A stretch of DNA of 64,000 nt from contig JAKSRG010000007.1 in NCBI GenBank assembly GCA_024403735.1, positions 19,430 through 83,429 on the forward strand, in the 5' to 3' direction. This DNA comes from Clostridia bacterium. GTDB lineage: Bacteria > Bacillota > Clostridia > Saccharofermentanales > Saccharofermentanaceae. The number at the start of each line of letters is the position of its first letter. Positions within the stretch are counted from its first letter, which is position 1. Below the pieces are notes generated by a model. That model had not been told where the DNA came from, did no database searches, and saw only the letters and a list, made by a program, of their open reading frames with translations. Both the position numbers and the translations under genes were made by a program. Below, piece after piece: positions 1 through 8,313 of this stretch.

Positions 1-159
1 TATTGCTACGCCAACACGGACGTCGAGGCGGTCAGGGCAAATGTTAAACGTCATGATCCTAATTCGCCGTTCCTTATCGGAGGCAGTATGGAAGGCGACA
101 TCATTCGCGTCGCTGAACAGACCAGCTGGATTGATAAGCAGGTTAGGTTAGATATCTGA
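1..159 (+). CDS. 3' end of an unidentified CDS entering from upstream of the window
   Basis: Frame 1 is open from base 1 to TGA 157-159 (...GGSMEGDIIRVAEQTSWIDKQVRLDI*). It is below the ORF-track length cut-off. Family not recognised. Confidence 0.4.
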   Translation, partial: YCYANTDVEAVRANVKRHDPNSPFLIGGSMEGDIIRVAEQTSWIDKQVRLDI

Positions 160-238
160 CACGAATAATTGATACTATGTTTAGTCCTAATTTGTGGACG
201 ATAGCTGTATAATGTATGGCATATACGGAGGGTACAAA

Positions 239-946
239 ATGGATTCATTATATGTTGTAATGCCAGCTTATAACGAGGAAGAGAATATCGAGGCAGTAGT
301 AAGGGCCTGGTATCCAGTCCTTGAGGGGAAGGACGCATCTTCTAGATTGGTTATAGCTGACAACGGAAGTAAGGATGCAACGCATTCAATTCTTCAGAAA
401 CTTCAGGGGGAGTTCCCACAGCTCGCTATCCTGGAAGACTCAGACAAGCAGCACGGACCTAAGGTCATCGCTTTATATAAGTACGCAATCAAAAACGGCA
501 TCGATTATGTTTTCCAGACCGATTCAGACGGTCAGACAAATCCAGCCGAATTCGACGCATTCTGGCAGCTACGCACTCAGCACGACGCCATCCTCGGACA
601 CCGAAATGTCCGCGGCGACGGTAAATCCCGAGCTTTTGTCGAGAAGGTTGTATGTTTGCTCCTACGAATTATCTTTGGTGTAAAAGTGCCTGATGCGAAC
701 GCGCCTTTCAGACTTATGAAGTGCTCGCTGGTGAACAAGTACATCGACAGACTTCCTGCAGACTACAATATCCCAAACATCATGTTCACAACATACTTCG
801 CACACTATAAGGAGAACATCACATTCAGGACTGTATCATTCAAGCCTAGACAGGGCGGCGTTAATTCAATTAACATCCCTAAGATTGTCAAGATCGGTTG
901 GAAGGCCCTCGGCGACTTCATGCGCTTCAAGAAGGGTATGAAGTGA
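239..946 (+). CDS. family 2 glycosyltransferase (soluble GT-A type)
   Basis: ORF 194-946. I prefer ATG 239, with GGAGGG at 227-232. VVMPAYNEEENIE, ADNGSKDAT and QTDSDGQ are GT2-type motifs. Confidence 0.85.
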   Translation: MDSLYVVMPAYNEEENIEAVVRAWYPVLEGKDASSRLVIADNGSKDATHSILQKLQGEFPQLAILEDSDKQHGPKVIALYKYAIKNGIDYVFQTDSDGQTNPAEFDAFWQLRTQHDAILGHRNVRGDGKSRAFVEKVVCLLLRIIFGVKVPDANAPFRLMKCSLVNKYIDRLPADYNIPNIMFTTYFAHYKENITFRTVSFKPRQGGVNSINIPKIVKIGWKALGDFMRFKKGMK

Positions 947-1037
947 TTGTTTTCGAGATGGTCTAAGAACCTTTTTGCGCCTCTCGGAAAAATTTAGTAA
1001 AAATGAAATGATTGAGTTGAAAGTTGGTTGAGCAAAA

Positions 1038-2156
1038 ATGAAATACGATTATTTAGTTGTAGGCGCTGGCCTATACGGCGCAACTTTTGCACGTGAAGCT
1101 ACAGATGCTGGCAAGAAAGTCCTCGTGATAGACAAGCGCGATCACATCGCTGGCAACGTTTATACTGAAGAACAGGAGCGCATCAACGTTCACGTTTATG
1201 GTGCGCATATTTTCCATACTAACAATACTGAAGTTTGGAATTACCTTCAGCGCTTCGCCACATTCAACCGTTTCACTAATAGCCCAGTTGCGAACTACAA
1301 GGGCGAGCTTTACTCACTTCCTTTTAACATGTACACGTTCAACAAGATGTGGGGCGTGATTACTCCAGATGAGGCTGCTGCAAAGATTGAACAGCAGAGA
1401 CGCGAGGCTGGAATTACTGAACCACAAAACCTCGAAGAGCAGGCAATCTCTCTTGTAGGAAAGGATATTTTCGAGAAGCTCATAAAAGGCTACACAGAGA
1501 AGCAGTGGGGCCGCGATTGTAAGGACCTACCTGCATTTATCATCAAGCGACTTCCAGTCCGCTACACATTCGATAACAACTACTTTAACGCGCTCTACCA
1601 GGGTATCCCAGTAGGCGGTTATACAAAACTCGTTGCTAACATGCTCGATGGAATTGATGTCAAACTCGGCGCCGACTACCTCGCTAACAAGGCTGAGTAC
1701 GACGCAATCGCTGATAAGATTATCTACACTGGTCCGATTGATGCATACTTCGGCTATTCACTCGGCTACCTCCAGTATCGATCAGTTCGTTTCGAGAATG
1801 AGACCCTCGATATCCCTAGTTTCCAAGGTAACGCCGCTATGAACTACACAGATCGTGAGACACCATGGACACGAATTATCGAGCACAAGTGGTTCGAATT
1901 CGGTAAGGACTCAGACGGCAACGACATCCCTAAAACAATCATCAGCCGCGAATACTCATCTGAGTGGAAACCAGGTGACGAGCCATACTATCCAGTTAAC
2001 GATGAGGCCAATAGCGCACTCTACCAGAAGTACAAGGAGCTGGCTAAAGGTGAGACTAAGGTCAAGTTCGGAGGCCGCCTCGGCGAGTACAAGTACTACG
2101 ACATGGACGCTGTAGTCGCTTCATCTTTGGAGTTCTGCAAGGCTGAGCTTAAGTGA
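1038..2156 (+). CDS. glf: UDP-galactopyranose mutase
   Basis: 372 aa. The N-terminal FAD fold is YDYLVVGAGLYGATFA, followed by YGAHIFHTNN. Length and overall pattern are typical of Glf. Confidence 0.93.
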   Translation: MKYDYLVVGAGLYGATFAREATDAGKKVLVIDKRDHIAGNVYTEEQERINVHVYGAHIFHTNNTEVWNYLQRFATFNRFTNSPVANYKGELYSLPFNMYTFNKMWGVITPDEAAAKIEQQRREAGITEPQNLEEQAISLVGKDIFEKLIKGYTEKQWGRDCKDLPAFIIKRLPVRYTFDNNYFNALYQGIPVGGYTKLVANMLDGIDVKLGADYLANKAEYDAIADKIIYTGPIDAYFGYSLGYLQYRSVRFENETLDIPSFQGNAAMNYTDRETPWTRIIEHKWFEFGKDSDGNDIPKTIISREYSSEWKPGDEPYYPVNDEANSALYQKYKELAKGETKVKFGGRLGEYKYYDMDAVVASSLEFCKAELK

Positions 2157-2261
2157 TTTTGTTGGGCGTATTTTTGCGTCCGCAGTAGTTATGACAACTT
2201 TAGTTGCGTGTCGCTCTAGGTGCGCAGCAGTGTTGGTACTATAAATATTAGAATTTGAGAG

Positions 2262-2292
2262 ACCATAGTTCAGTGATGGACTATGGTTTTTG
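2262..2292 (+). terminator. intrinsic terminator after glf
   Basis: ACCATAGT (2262-2269) pairs with ACTATGGT (2280-2287) and is followed by a T-run. Confidence 0.7.
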
Positions 2293-2299
2293 TTTGTGC

Positions 2300-2590
2300 T
2301 CTGAAATATTCAGACTATTTGCATTTGTATATAAATAATCTGAATTTCTGATCTGAATAATTCAGATTATTTTTTGATATGAGATTTTAGTCTGAATTTA
2401 CTAATGAGTGGATGCTGGGGAATTCAGATTGTTTTTCACTATCATCATTTAGTCTGAATTTACAAAGGAATTGATAGTTGGAGAATTCAGATTATTTTTA
2501 GTTTTCTTTCATTAGTCTGAAGGTTTTAATATATGCGCATTCCAATGTTCAGACTATTTATAATTCTGCTCTAAAAATCTGAATATGTAT
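2300..2590. repeat. array of about 6 hairpin units built on a CTGAA/TTCAG core (about 61-63 bp period)
   Basis: Arm pairs are ttcagactattt 2309-2320 / aaataatctgaa 2333-2344, palindrome atctgaataattcagat 2351-2367, tagtctgaattta 2389-2401 / gaattcagatt 2420-2430, tagtctgaattta 2450-2462 / gaattcagatt 2482-2492, and agtctgaa 2514-2521 / ttcagact 2548-2555. Confidence 0.75.
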
Positions 2591-2626
2591 GAAATAGATT
2601 GCTCCTTTTAGGTGAATATTATGTAA

Positions 2627-3017
2627 TTGAACTTATAGAACAGAAACAGATTATAAGTTCAATTGAAAAGATGACTTTTTTGAAAATATGCACTTATAAT
2701 TCAAAACACAAATATAAGTTCAACAGATATCATTAGCTGAGATTTCAAATGAACTTATACAGTAAAAATAAGATATAAGTCCAATGGTAGTAGCAGATAG
2801 CACCTCGAGATTGAACCTATACGTCAGAACAAAAATATAGGTTCAATCCATCTCAATAGAGACGAGAAAATGTGTACTTATAAATTCAAACGTAAATATA
2901 AGTTCAATGGATTTCAAAGCAGATCTCAATCGGTGAACTTATATCAAATAATGAAAATATAAGTTCAAAAATTCCACCACATTGAACTTATAGAACAAAA
3001 ACAAAGTATAAGTTCAA
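2627..3017. repeat. array of 7 regularly spaced palindromic units (TGAACTTATA-N14-TATAAGTTCA, about 61 bp period)
   Basis: Left arms start at 2627, 2688, 2749, 2811, 2872, 2933 and 2982. Right arms start at 2652, 2713, 2774, 2836, 2897, 2958 and 3007. Loops are always 14 nt and A-rich. Spacers are 25-26 nt, with the last 13 nt. Confidence 0.9.
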
Positions 3018-3248
3018 CGCCTTACCAAGCCCAACATCACCAACACCACCAATACCTGCAACCCTCACAAGTTCTGCGCGCAATATCTCATTTTTTACCA
3101 AGAATATCTCATAAATGACCTTCTACACCTGAAATCAGCGGCGCTACTAATATTTCCAGCAAATAATCTCAACTCAAAGTTGACTTATTAACAAAATGTT
3201 AGTAAGATGACAAACGTAACATGAAATAACTGTTAGGGGAGAAACTAT

Positions 3249-5207
3249 ATGAGAAAGAGATTAGTATCTGCAATTCTTGCAGTAATTATGGTCTGCACAC
3301 TTTTTACTAGTGTAATGGCAGACGGCGCAGTTAATACTGCGGGCATCAATGACTTCGTAACAAGAATGTATAGCGTATGTCTGAATCGTAATCCTGATCA
3401 GTCTGGTCTTGATTACTGGAGTAACCAGCTTATCAATAAAAAGGCTACAGGATGTTCTGTTGCTGCTGGTTTTATTTTTAGTTCAGAATTCCAGAACAAG
3501 CAGTGCAGTAATGAAGAGTACGCTACTTATATGTACAAGGCGTTCTTTGGTAGAAATCCTGACCAGGGTGGTCTTAATTATTGGGTTGGTCAGCTTAATG
3601 GCGGTATGAGCCGTACAGATGTATTCATTGGTTTTGCTAACTCTAAGGAGTTCGCTGGTCTTTGTAGTAGTTACGGTATTGTTAAGGGTTATTACATCAA
3701 GGGCGTTGATCCTAATCAGGGCGCGATGGTAAGCCTTTTCGTTGAGCGTCTTTATAATGAGATCCTCGGTAGAAGCTGCGATGATGCAGGTATGGCATAT
3801 TGGACTGAGCAGCTTTGCTCACACAAGAAGTCTGGTTCAGAAGTTGCATTTGATTTTGTTTTCTCTAACGAGCTCAAAAACAAAAATCTCTGTAATGATC
3901 ACTATGTAGAGATGCTCTACAAGGCGTTCATGGGCAGATCTTCAGATGCTTCAGGCAAGTCACACTGGATTGATATGCTCAAGGCAGGAACTTCTAGAGA
4001 GGTTGTTTTCAATGGCTTCGCAGCGTCACAGGAGTTCAAGGGTATCTGTGATAGCTACGGAATTATCACTAGTGTAATCACAATAAAGGGCAGCGGAACA
4101 TACGCGCACGGTGCATGTGCTGTTTGCGGTACTGTTACTAACGGCACATCAACAGGAACTACAGGTACAAGCACTGGTACAGGTTCAACAACTGGCACTG
4201 GCTCAACATCAACAGGCACAACAACAACTCAGAAGTCTGGTTGGGTTATTGAGAACAACAAGTACTATTACTATGATCCTTCTACAGGCGAGATGGCTAA
4301 GGGTTGGAAGAAGATTGATAACACTTGGTACTACTTCGATGAGACGTTTGGTTATAAGAAGACTGGTTACCTCAACCAGAATGGCGTTGAATACTATTTC
4401 GATGATGACGGTAAGATGGTAACAGGTTGGGTTCAGAAGGGTGAATATTGGTATTATTACGCTTCTAACGGTGCTCTTCATAAGGGTCTCCTCGAGTACA
4501 ACAACAACCTCTATTACATGTCTGATTACACAGGTGTTATGCTCACTGGATTACGAATGGTAAACGGTGATTACTACTATTTCGAGGACAACGGTAAAGC
4601 ACATTCAGGCTGGCATCAGTCAGGCTCTAGCTGGAGTTACTACGATCCAACAACTAAGAAAGCAACTGTTGGTCTCAAGGAAATCTCTGGTGTCACATAT
4701 TATTTCAGCAGCACTGGCGTGATGCAGACTGGTCTCACAGAGATTAAGAATTACGATGATAATGGCAAGTACCTAAGTAGCGACTACTATTATTTCAAGG
4801 ATAGCGGCGCTATGGTTAAGGGCTTCTACGATGCAGGCAACAATAGCCTCTGGTTCTTCGACGAGACTACTGGTAAAGCACACAAGGCTGGCTGGGTAAA
4901 GGACAGCAAGGGTAATTACTACTACTGTACTGGTGCAACTGGTCAGCTCGCAGTTAGCAAGGTAGTTACTACTAAGAGCGGTTCTAGCTACGTTGGCAAA
5001 GATGGTAAGTGTAAGTACGGCTGGGTAACTGAGGATAAGTATTACACATACTACGCAGACTCAAATGGCTACCTCAAGAGCGGCCTCCAGACAATCGGCG
5101 GCAAGCAGTACTACTTCGATCCAGTTTCATTCTATATGTACAAGAACACATACGTATCAATCAACGGTTCTTACAAATACGTCGACAGTAACGGCGTCGT
5201 TCAGTGA
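3249..5207 (+). CDS. secreted cell-wall-associated protein: signal peptide, 4 DUF4214-type repeats, Thr/Gly linker, choline-type cell-wall-binding repeats
   Basis: The signal-like N-terminus is MRKRLVSAILAVIMVCTLFTSVMA. The motif NR.PD..G..YW...L appears four times. The linker is TSTGTTGTSTGTGSTTGTGSTSTGTTTT. It is followed by many GW...(N/D)..YYF...G.M..G repeats (CW_binding_1-like). Confidence 0.85.
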   Translation: MRKRLVSAILAVIMVCTLFTSVMADGAVNTAGINDFVTRMYSVCLNRNPDQSGLDYWSNQLINKKATGCSVAAGFIFSSEFQNKQCSNEEYATYMYKAFFGRNPDQGGLNYWVGQLNGGMSRTDVFIGFANSKEFAGLCSSYGIVKGYYIKGVDPNQGAMVSLFVERLYNEILGRSCDDAGMAYWTEQLCSHKKSGSEVAFDFVFSNELKNKNLCNDHYVEMLYKAFMGRSSDASGKSHWIDMLKAGTSREVVFNGFAASQEFKGICDSYGIITSVITIKGSGTYAHGACAVCGTVTNGTSTGTTGTSTGTGSTTGTGSTSTGTTTTQKSGWVIENNKYYYYDPSTGEMAKGWKKIDNTWYYFDETFGYKKTGYLNQNGVEYYFDDDGKMVTGWVQKGEYWYYYASNGALHKGLLEYNNNLYYMSDYTGVMLTGLRMVNGDYYYFEDNGKAHSGWHQSGSSWSYYDPTTKKATVGLKEISGVTYYFSSTGVMQTGLTEIKNYDDNGKYLSSDYYYFKDSGAMVKGFYDAGNNSLWFFDETTGKAHKAGWVKDSKGNYYYCTGATGQLAVSKVVTTKSGSSYVGKDGKCKYGWVTEDKYYTYYADSNGYLKSGLQTIGGKQYYFDPVSFYMYKNTYVSINGSYKYVDSNGVVQ

Positions 5208-5213
5208 TTAAGG

Positions 5214-5247
5214 GCGTGGCTGAAGGGTTCCTTCAGTCACGCTTTTT
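5214..5247 (+). terminator. intrinsic terminator
   Basis: A 13-bp stem, GCGTGGCTGAAGG / CCTTCAGTCACGC, has a 3-nt loop and is followed by T5. Confidence 0.85.
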
Positions 5248-5423
5248 GTTTTCGAGAAGTTCGTGGGCGCGCTTTTGACCATCTCGAAAACACGGTCTAA
5301 ACCTTACCGTCAAGAATAATCTGGAATAGTGCCGGCTTTTTCGCTTAAATCAGCGGTTTGAAATCAAATTCATTAATTTATAGTAGAGGAGTGTTAGTTT
5401 ATCAAATGAAATGAGGCATTCAT

Positions 5424-5842
5424 ATGTTAGAAGCAGTTGAATACGATCGCATAGTCGAGCGTGCTAAGCGAATTGACCCTAATGAGGAAGTTGTACATTA
5501 CGATTCAACACCACTCACAGCTGAGCAGGAGATGGCTCGTTTTGAGCGTGAGCAGAAGGCTAAGAGATCAGATGGCGAGAGCGCATCATCATTCGCTTCA
5601 CCTTTTGCACCAGCAGATAAGCAGTATGCACTTGATATGGCGTGCGTAATCTCAACTATGTTCCAGCTGAAAAGCTTGATTTCGTTCCAGTTGAGGAAGA
5701 GGAGGAACTTCCAGTAGGTGACACTGTTGATGGTAAGGCGCTTCTTGAGCGCAAGATGTCTAAGTTCCAGTATTGCCTAACTTGCGGTTTCTTACTTATG
5801 CCAGGTGAGACTGAGTGTTTTAGATGTAAGAAAGATCAGTAA
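5424..5842 (+). pseudogene. acidic protein with a C-terminal Zn-ribbon, split over two frames (frameshifted gene, sequencing indel, or two overlapping small ORFs)
   Basis: ORF 5424-5717 reads sensibly to about ...ADKQYALDMA, then becomes low-plausibility. Frame -1 (open from 5636, track ORF 5642-5842) continues with acidic sequence and ends in CLTC-N11-CFRC. Confidence 0.4.
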
Positions 5843-5862
5843 TAGTTACTATTATTTAATAG

Positions 5863-5893
5863 AGAGGCAAACTTCTGTTTGCCTCTTTGTTTT
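5863..5893 (+). terminator. intrinsic terminator
   Basis: AGAGGCAAAC / GTTTGCCTCT form a 10-bp stem with a 4-nt loop, followed by a T-rich tail. Confidence 0.8.
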
Positions 5894-6289
5894 GTCAAAA
5901 AAGAACATAAATGAGAAAAATCGTGTAATTAGGTAATATCTGTTGCATTGATTATTTACAGTATAGTAACAAGAGGAAGCAAACAGAAATCATAAAACTG
6001 GTTATAATAAAATAGGGCTGTATTAAAGGCAATAAATTTATCCATTTCCTAGAGATTTGGCTTAGGTGGATGTGGTAAGGCACATCTTCTATAAAGGGGA
6101 TTTTGAACATCCTTCTGGAAGATTACTAATGCTCGTATCTAGAACCCCTTTAATTAAGGAGATTGGTAGCTAGAACAGACCGTGGGAAATCTATTCCGAT
6201 AAGAATGGTTTGGGAAATATTTATATGGATAACATAATGAATGTATTAACAGGTTCGTTCAATAATATGATTGATAAGAGGGTATCGTA

Positions 6290-7489
6290 ATGCGTGTATG
6301 GGTGTGTAAAATATGTGATAGTAACAATCAAGTTGCTGATACATTACCAACTAGTTTGATTTGTGGGGTATGTGGCGCTGAATTTTCTGTTAACGAAGTA
6401 TTCGATATTGAGGCGACATCAAGTTCAAAAACAACTGAATATAGTTGTGAGAAATCAACAGAAAGAAAGAGATTATCGAAGACAGGCAAATTATTCTTGG
6501 CTGCAATAAGTTTGTTAATCCTTTTAGGAATCTCAGTTACTGTATATTTTGGTTATATTAAGCCTAATCATATTTTTGAAAGTAAAAAAACAAATAGTTC
6601 TGTTAAAGAAACCAAAGATAAGAAAGATCATGATGGTGGTAATGGTAGTAAGCTAGAGATTGGAGTTGTTCCTGATTTTACACGTAATCTTGATGACGTT
6701 GAGCCGACGGAAGAAACTACCGTGGAAACAGAAGAAACCACTGATGATTCTTGTGAACTTAATTTGGATAATTTCATTTACAGATTATTTGTTCTTATTC
6801 TTGAGAGGGAACCTAATCAATCGGAGAATGATTATTGGCAGAACAGGTTCATGATGGGCCTTTCTGGTTCTGATTGTGCTTATGAGTTTTTTATTAGTAA
6901 CGAATATGCTATCTTGCAAGATACAGATGAAGAATATGTTACAAAATTGTATTTAGTATTTTTGGATAGAGAACCAGATACTGATGGATTCAATTATTGG
7001 ATTAATCAGCTTAATAATGGAAGTAGTAGAGACGAAATATTCGATGGCTTTGCTAATTCTGTGGAATGGGCAGATCTCTGTTTGTTACGAGGTATTTTGG
7101 CAGGAGGAACTGCTGTGCCTTCCATTGAAGTTGAACCATCAGATGAGGTTGTTTCATTTGTTAAAAGCATTTATTTTAAGAGTTCATCAACTGAATTAAG
7201 TGCTGATGAATTATACGATTGCGCTAAAGAGTTAGTAAACAGACGAATTACTTGTGGTGAGGTAATACACTCATTTATTTTTTCTGATTATAATGTGACT
7301 TCTTATGGTACAGATAGAGATTTTGTTGTAGCACTTTATCAGATAATGTTTGATAGAATTCCAAGTGAAGAAGAGATTAATTATTGGACTAATCAATTGA
7401 ATGGTGATACAGATTATGAAACTTTATTTAAGCAATTTGCAGATTCAGATGAATTTAAAAAGATATGTTTCAAGTATTCAATAGGATGA
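6290..7489 (+). CDS. membrane protein: N-terminal Zn-ribbon, one TM helix, three extracytoplasmic DUF4214-type repeats
   Basis: The Zn-ribbon is CKIC-N15-CGVC at residues 6-28. The hydrophobic segment is LFLAAISLLILLGISVTVYFGYI. The motif (R/D)EP(N/D)..(E/G)..YW.N(Q/R) appears three times. Confidence 0.8.
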   Translation: MRVWVCKICDSNNQVADTLPTSLICGVCGAEFSVNEVFDIEATSSSKTTEYSCEKSTERKRLSKTGKLFLAAISLLILLGISVTVYFGYIKPNHIFESKKTNSSVKETKDKKDHDGGNGSKLEIGVVPDFTRNLDDVEPTEETTVETEETTDDSCELNLDNFIYRLFVLILEREPNQSENDYWQNRFMMGLSGSDCAYEFFISNEYAILQDTDEEYVTKLYLVFLDREPDTDGFNYWINQLNNGSSRDEIFDGFANSVEWADLCLLRGILAGGTAVPSIEVEPSDEVVSFVKSIYFKSSSTELSADELYDCAKELVNRRITCGEVIHSFIFSDYNVTSYGTDRDFVVALYQIMFDRIPSEEEINYWTNQLNGDTDYETLFKQFADSDEFKKICFKYSIG

Positions 7490-7525
7490 TCGATTAGATA
7501 TTGCATTTATTTGAGGAGCCTTGTT

Positions 7526-7576
7526 ATGAAAAATCTAGATATGACTGGTAGTTTCGTTGTTTTTGATTGTAGTTAA
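7526..7576 (+). CDS. possible 16-codon micro-ORF (MKNLDMTGSFVVFDCS)
   Basis: GAGGAG at 7513-7518 lies 7 nt upstream of ATG 7526, with TAA at 7574-7576. It sits in the 125-nt gap before the first vWA gene. There is no homology evidence. Confidence 0.25.
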   Translation: MKNLDMTGSFVVFDCS

Positions 7577-7614
7577 TTGATTTAAGAAAGGCCTTTGTAA
7601 GTATTGGAGGGTTA

Positions 7615-8277
7615 ATGGATATATATAGGACAGAATACTTTGTTGATATCGTGATGGTTATTGATTCAACTAATAGTATGGGACGGTTTATTAGAAGACT
7701 TGAGAATGATGCTTCGATTTTTTATCAAAAGTATCTTGAATGGATGGAACAGGGTGGCACTGCATTACCGCAGGTGAGAATAAAAGTAGTTGGTTTTTGT
7801 GATTACAAATGTGGTTGTGAACCGGTTATATGTGAGAGTACCTTCTTTAGTTTGCCGGTTGAAAATGCTGCATTCCATGAGGCTGTAAGTTGTATTGAAG
7901 TTAATGCTATTGGTGACGCTCCTAAGTGTGCTTATGAGGCTTTGGCGTTAGCGATGCAATCTGATTGGATGAAGTATGGTGCTAAGCGTAGACAAGTGAT
8001 ACTTCTATTTACTGATACACCAGTAAATTCTTTTGGAGATTCAAATGCGCTAGTGAATTCTATTCGCTTGAGAGGTATGTGGAACGGATTGAATGGTCTA
8101 GAAACGATTGAACAGCAAGCTAAGCGAATGATCGTTTTCGTTCCAAATGTTGCGTCATGGTCTTTTATACAGGATTGGGACCAAGTTTGGATATCTTACG
8201 TACGTCCTGGTGATGGTTGTAGTGAAGTTGATGTGAATCTGATAATTGAATTGATATCAAATGCTATTGGTATGTGA
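7615..8277 (+). CDS. cytosolic von Willebrand factor A (vWA)-like protein, paralog 1
   Basis: 220 aa with GGAGG at 7606-7610. The MIDAS-like motif is VMVIDSTNSM (DxSxS). Other blocks are VRIKVVGFCDY, YEALALAMQSDW and RRQVILLFTDTP. No signal peptide or TM. Confidence 0.8.
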   Translation: MDIYRTEYFVDIVMVIDSTNSMGRFIRRLENDASIFYQKYLEWMEQGGTALPQVRIKVVGFCDYKCGCEPVICESTFFSLPVENAAFHEAVSCIEVNAIGDAPKCAYEALALAMQSDWMKYGAKRRQVILLFTDTPVNSFGDSNALVNSIRLRGMWNGLNGLETIEQQAKRMIVFVPNVASWSFIQDWDQVWISYVRPGDGCSEVDVNLIIELISNAIGM

Positions 8278-8313
8278 TTAATACATCTTATAGGTTGCTT
8301 TGAAGGAGAGCAT

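Noticed and set aside
51-338. 95-aa minus-strand ORF at the window start
   Set aside because: It overlaps the 3' end of a plus-strand CDS (1-159) and the start of the GT2 gene. It has no RBS and an implausible sequence.
2627-3017. CRISPR array (regular ~36-nt 'repeat' plus 25-nt 'spacer', 61-bp period)
   Set aside because: Only the two 10-11-nt palindrome arms are conserved. The 14-nt centres differ in every unit, so there is no true direct repeat. The spacers are short (25 nt), no cas genes are in the window, and there are only 7 units. It fits better as a palindrome/hairpin array.
5636-5717. Programmed -1 ribosomal frameshift in the 5424-5842 gene
   Set aside because: No X XXY YYZ slippery heptamer or obvious downstream stimulatory structure lies in the overlap. 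The only homopolymer is A4 at about 5670. A simple indel or assembly error is more parsimonious, so it is kept as a finding but not called recoding.
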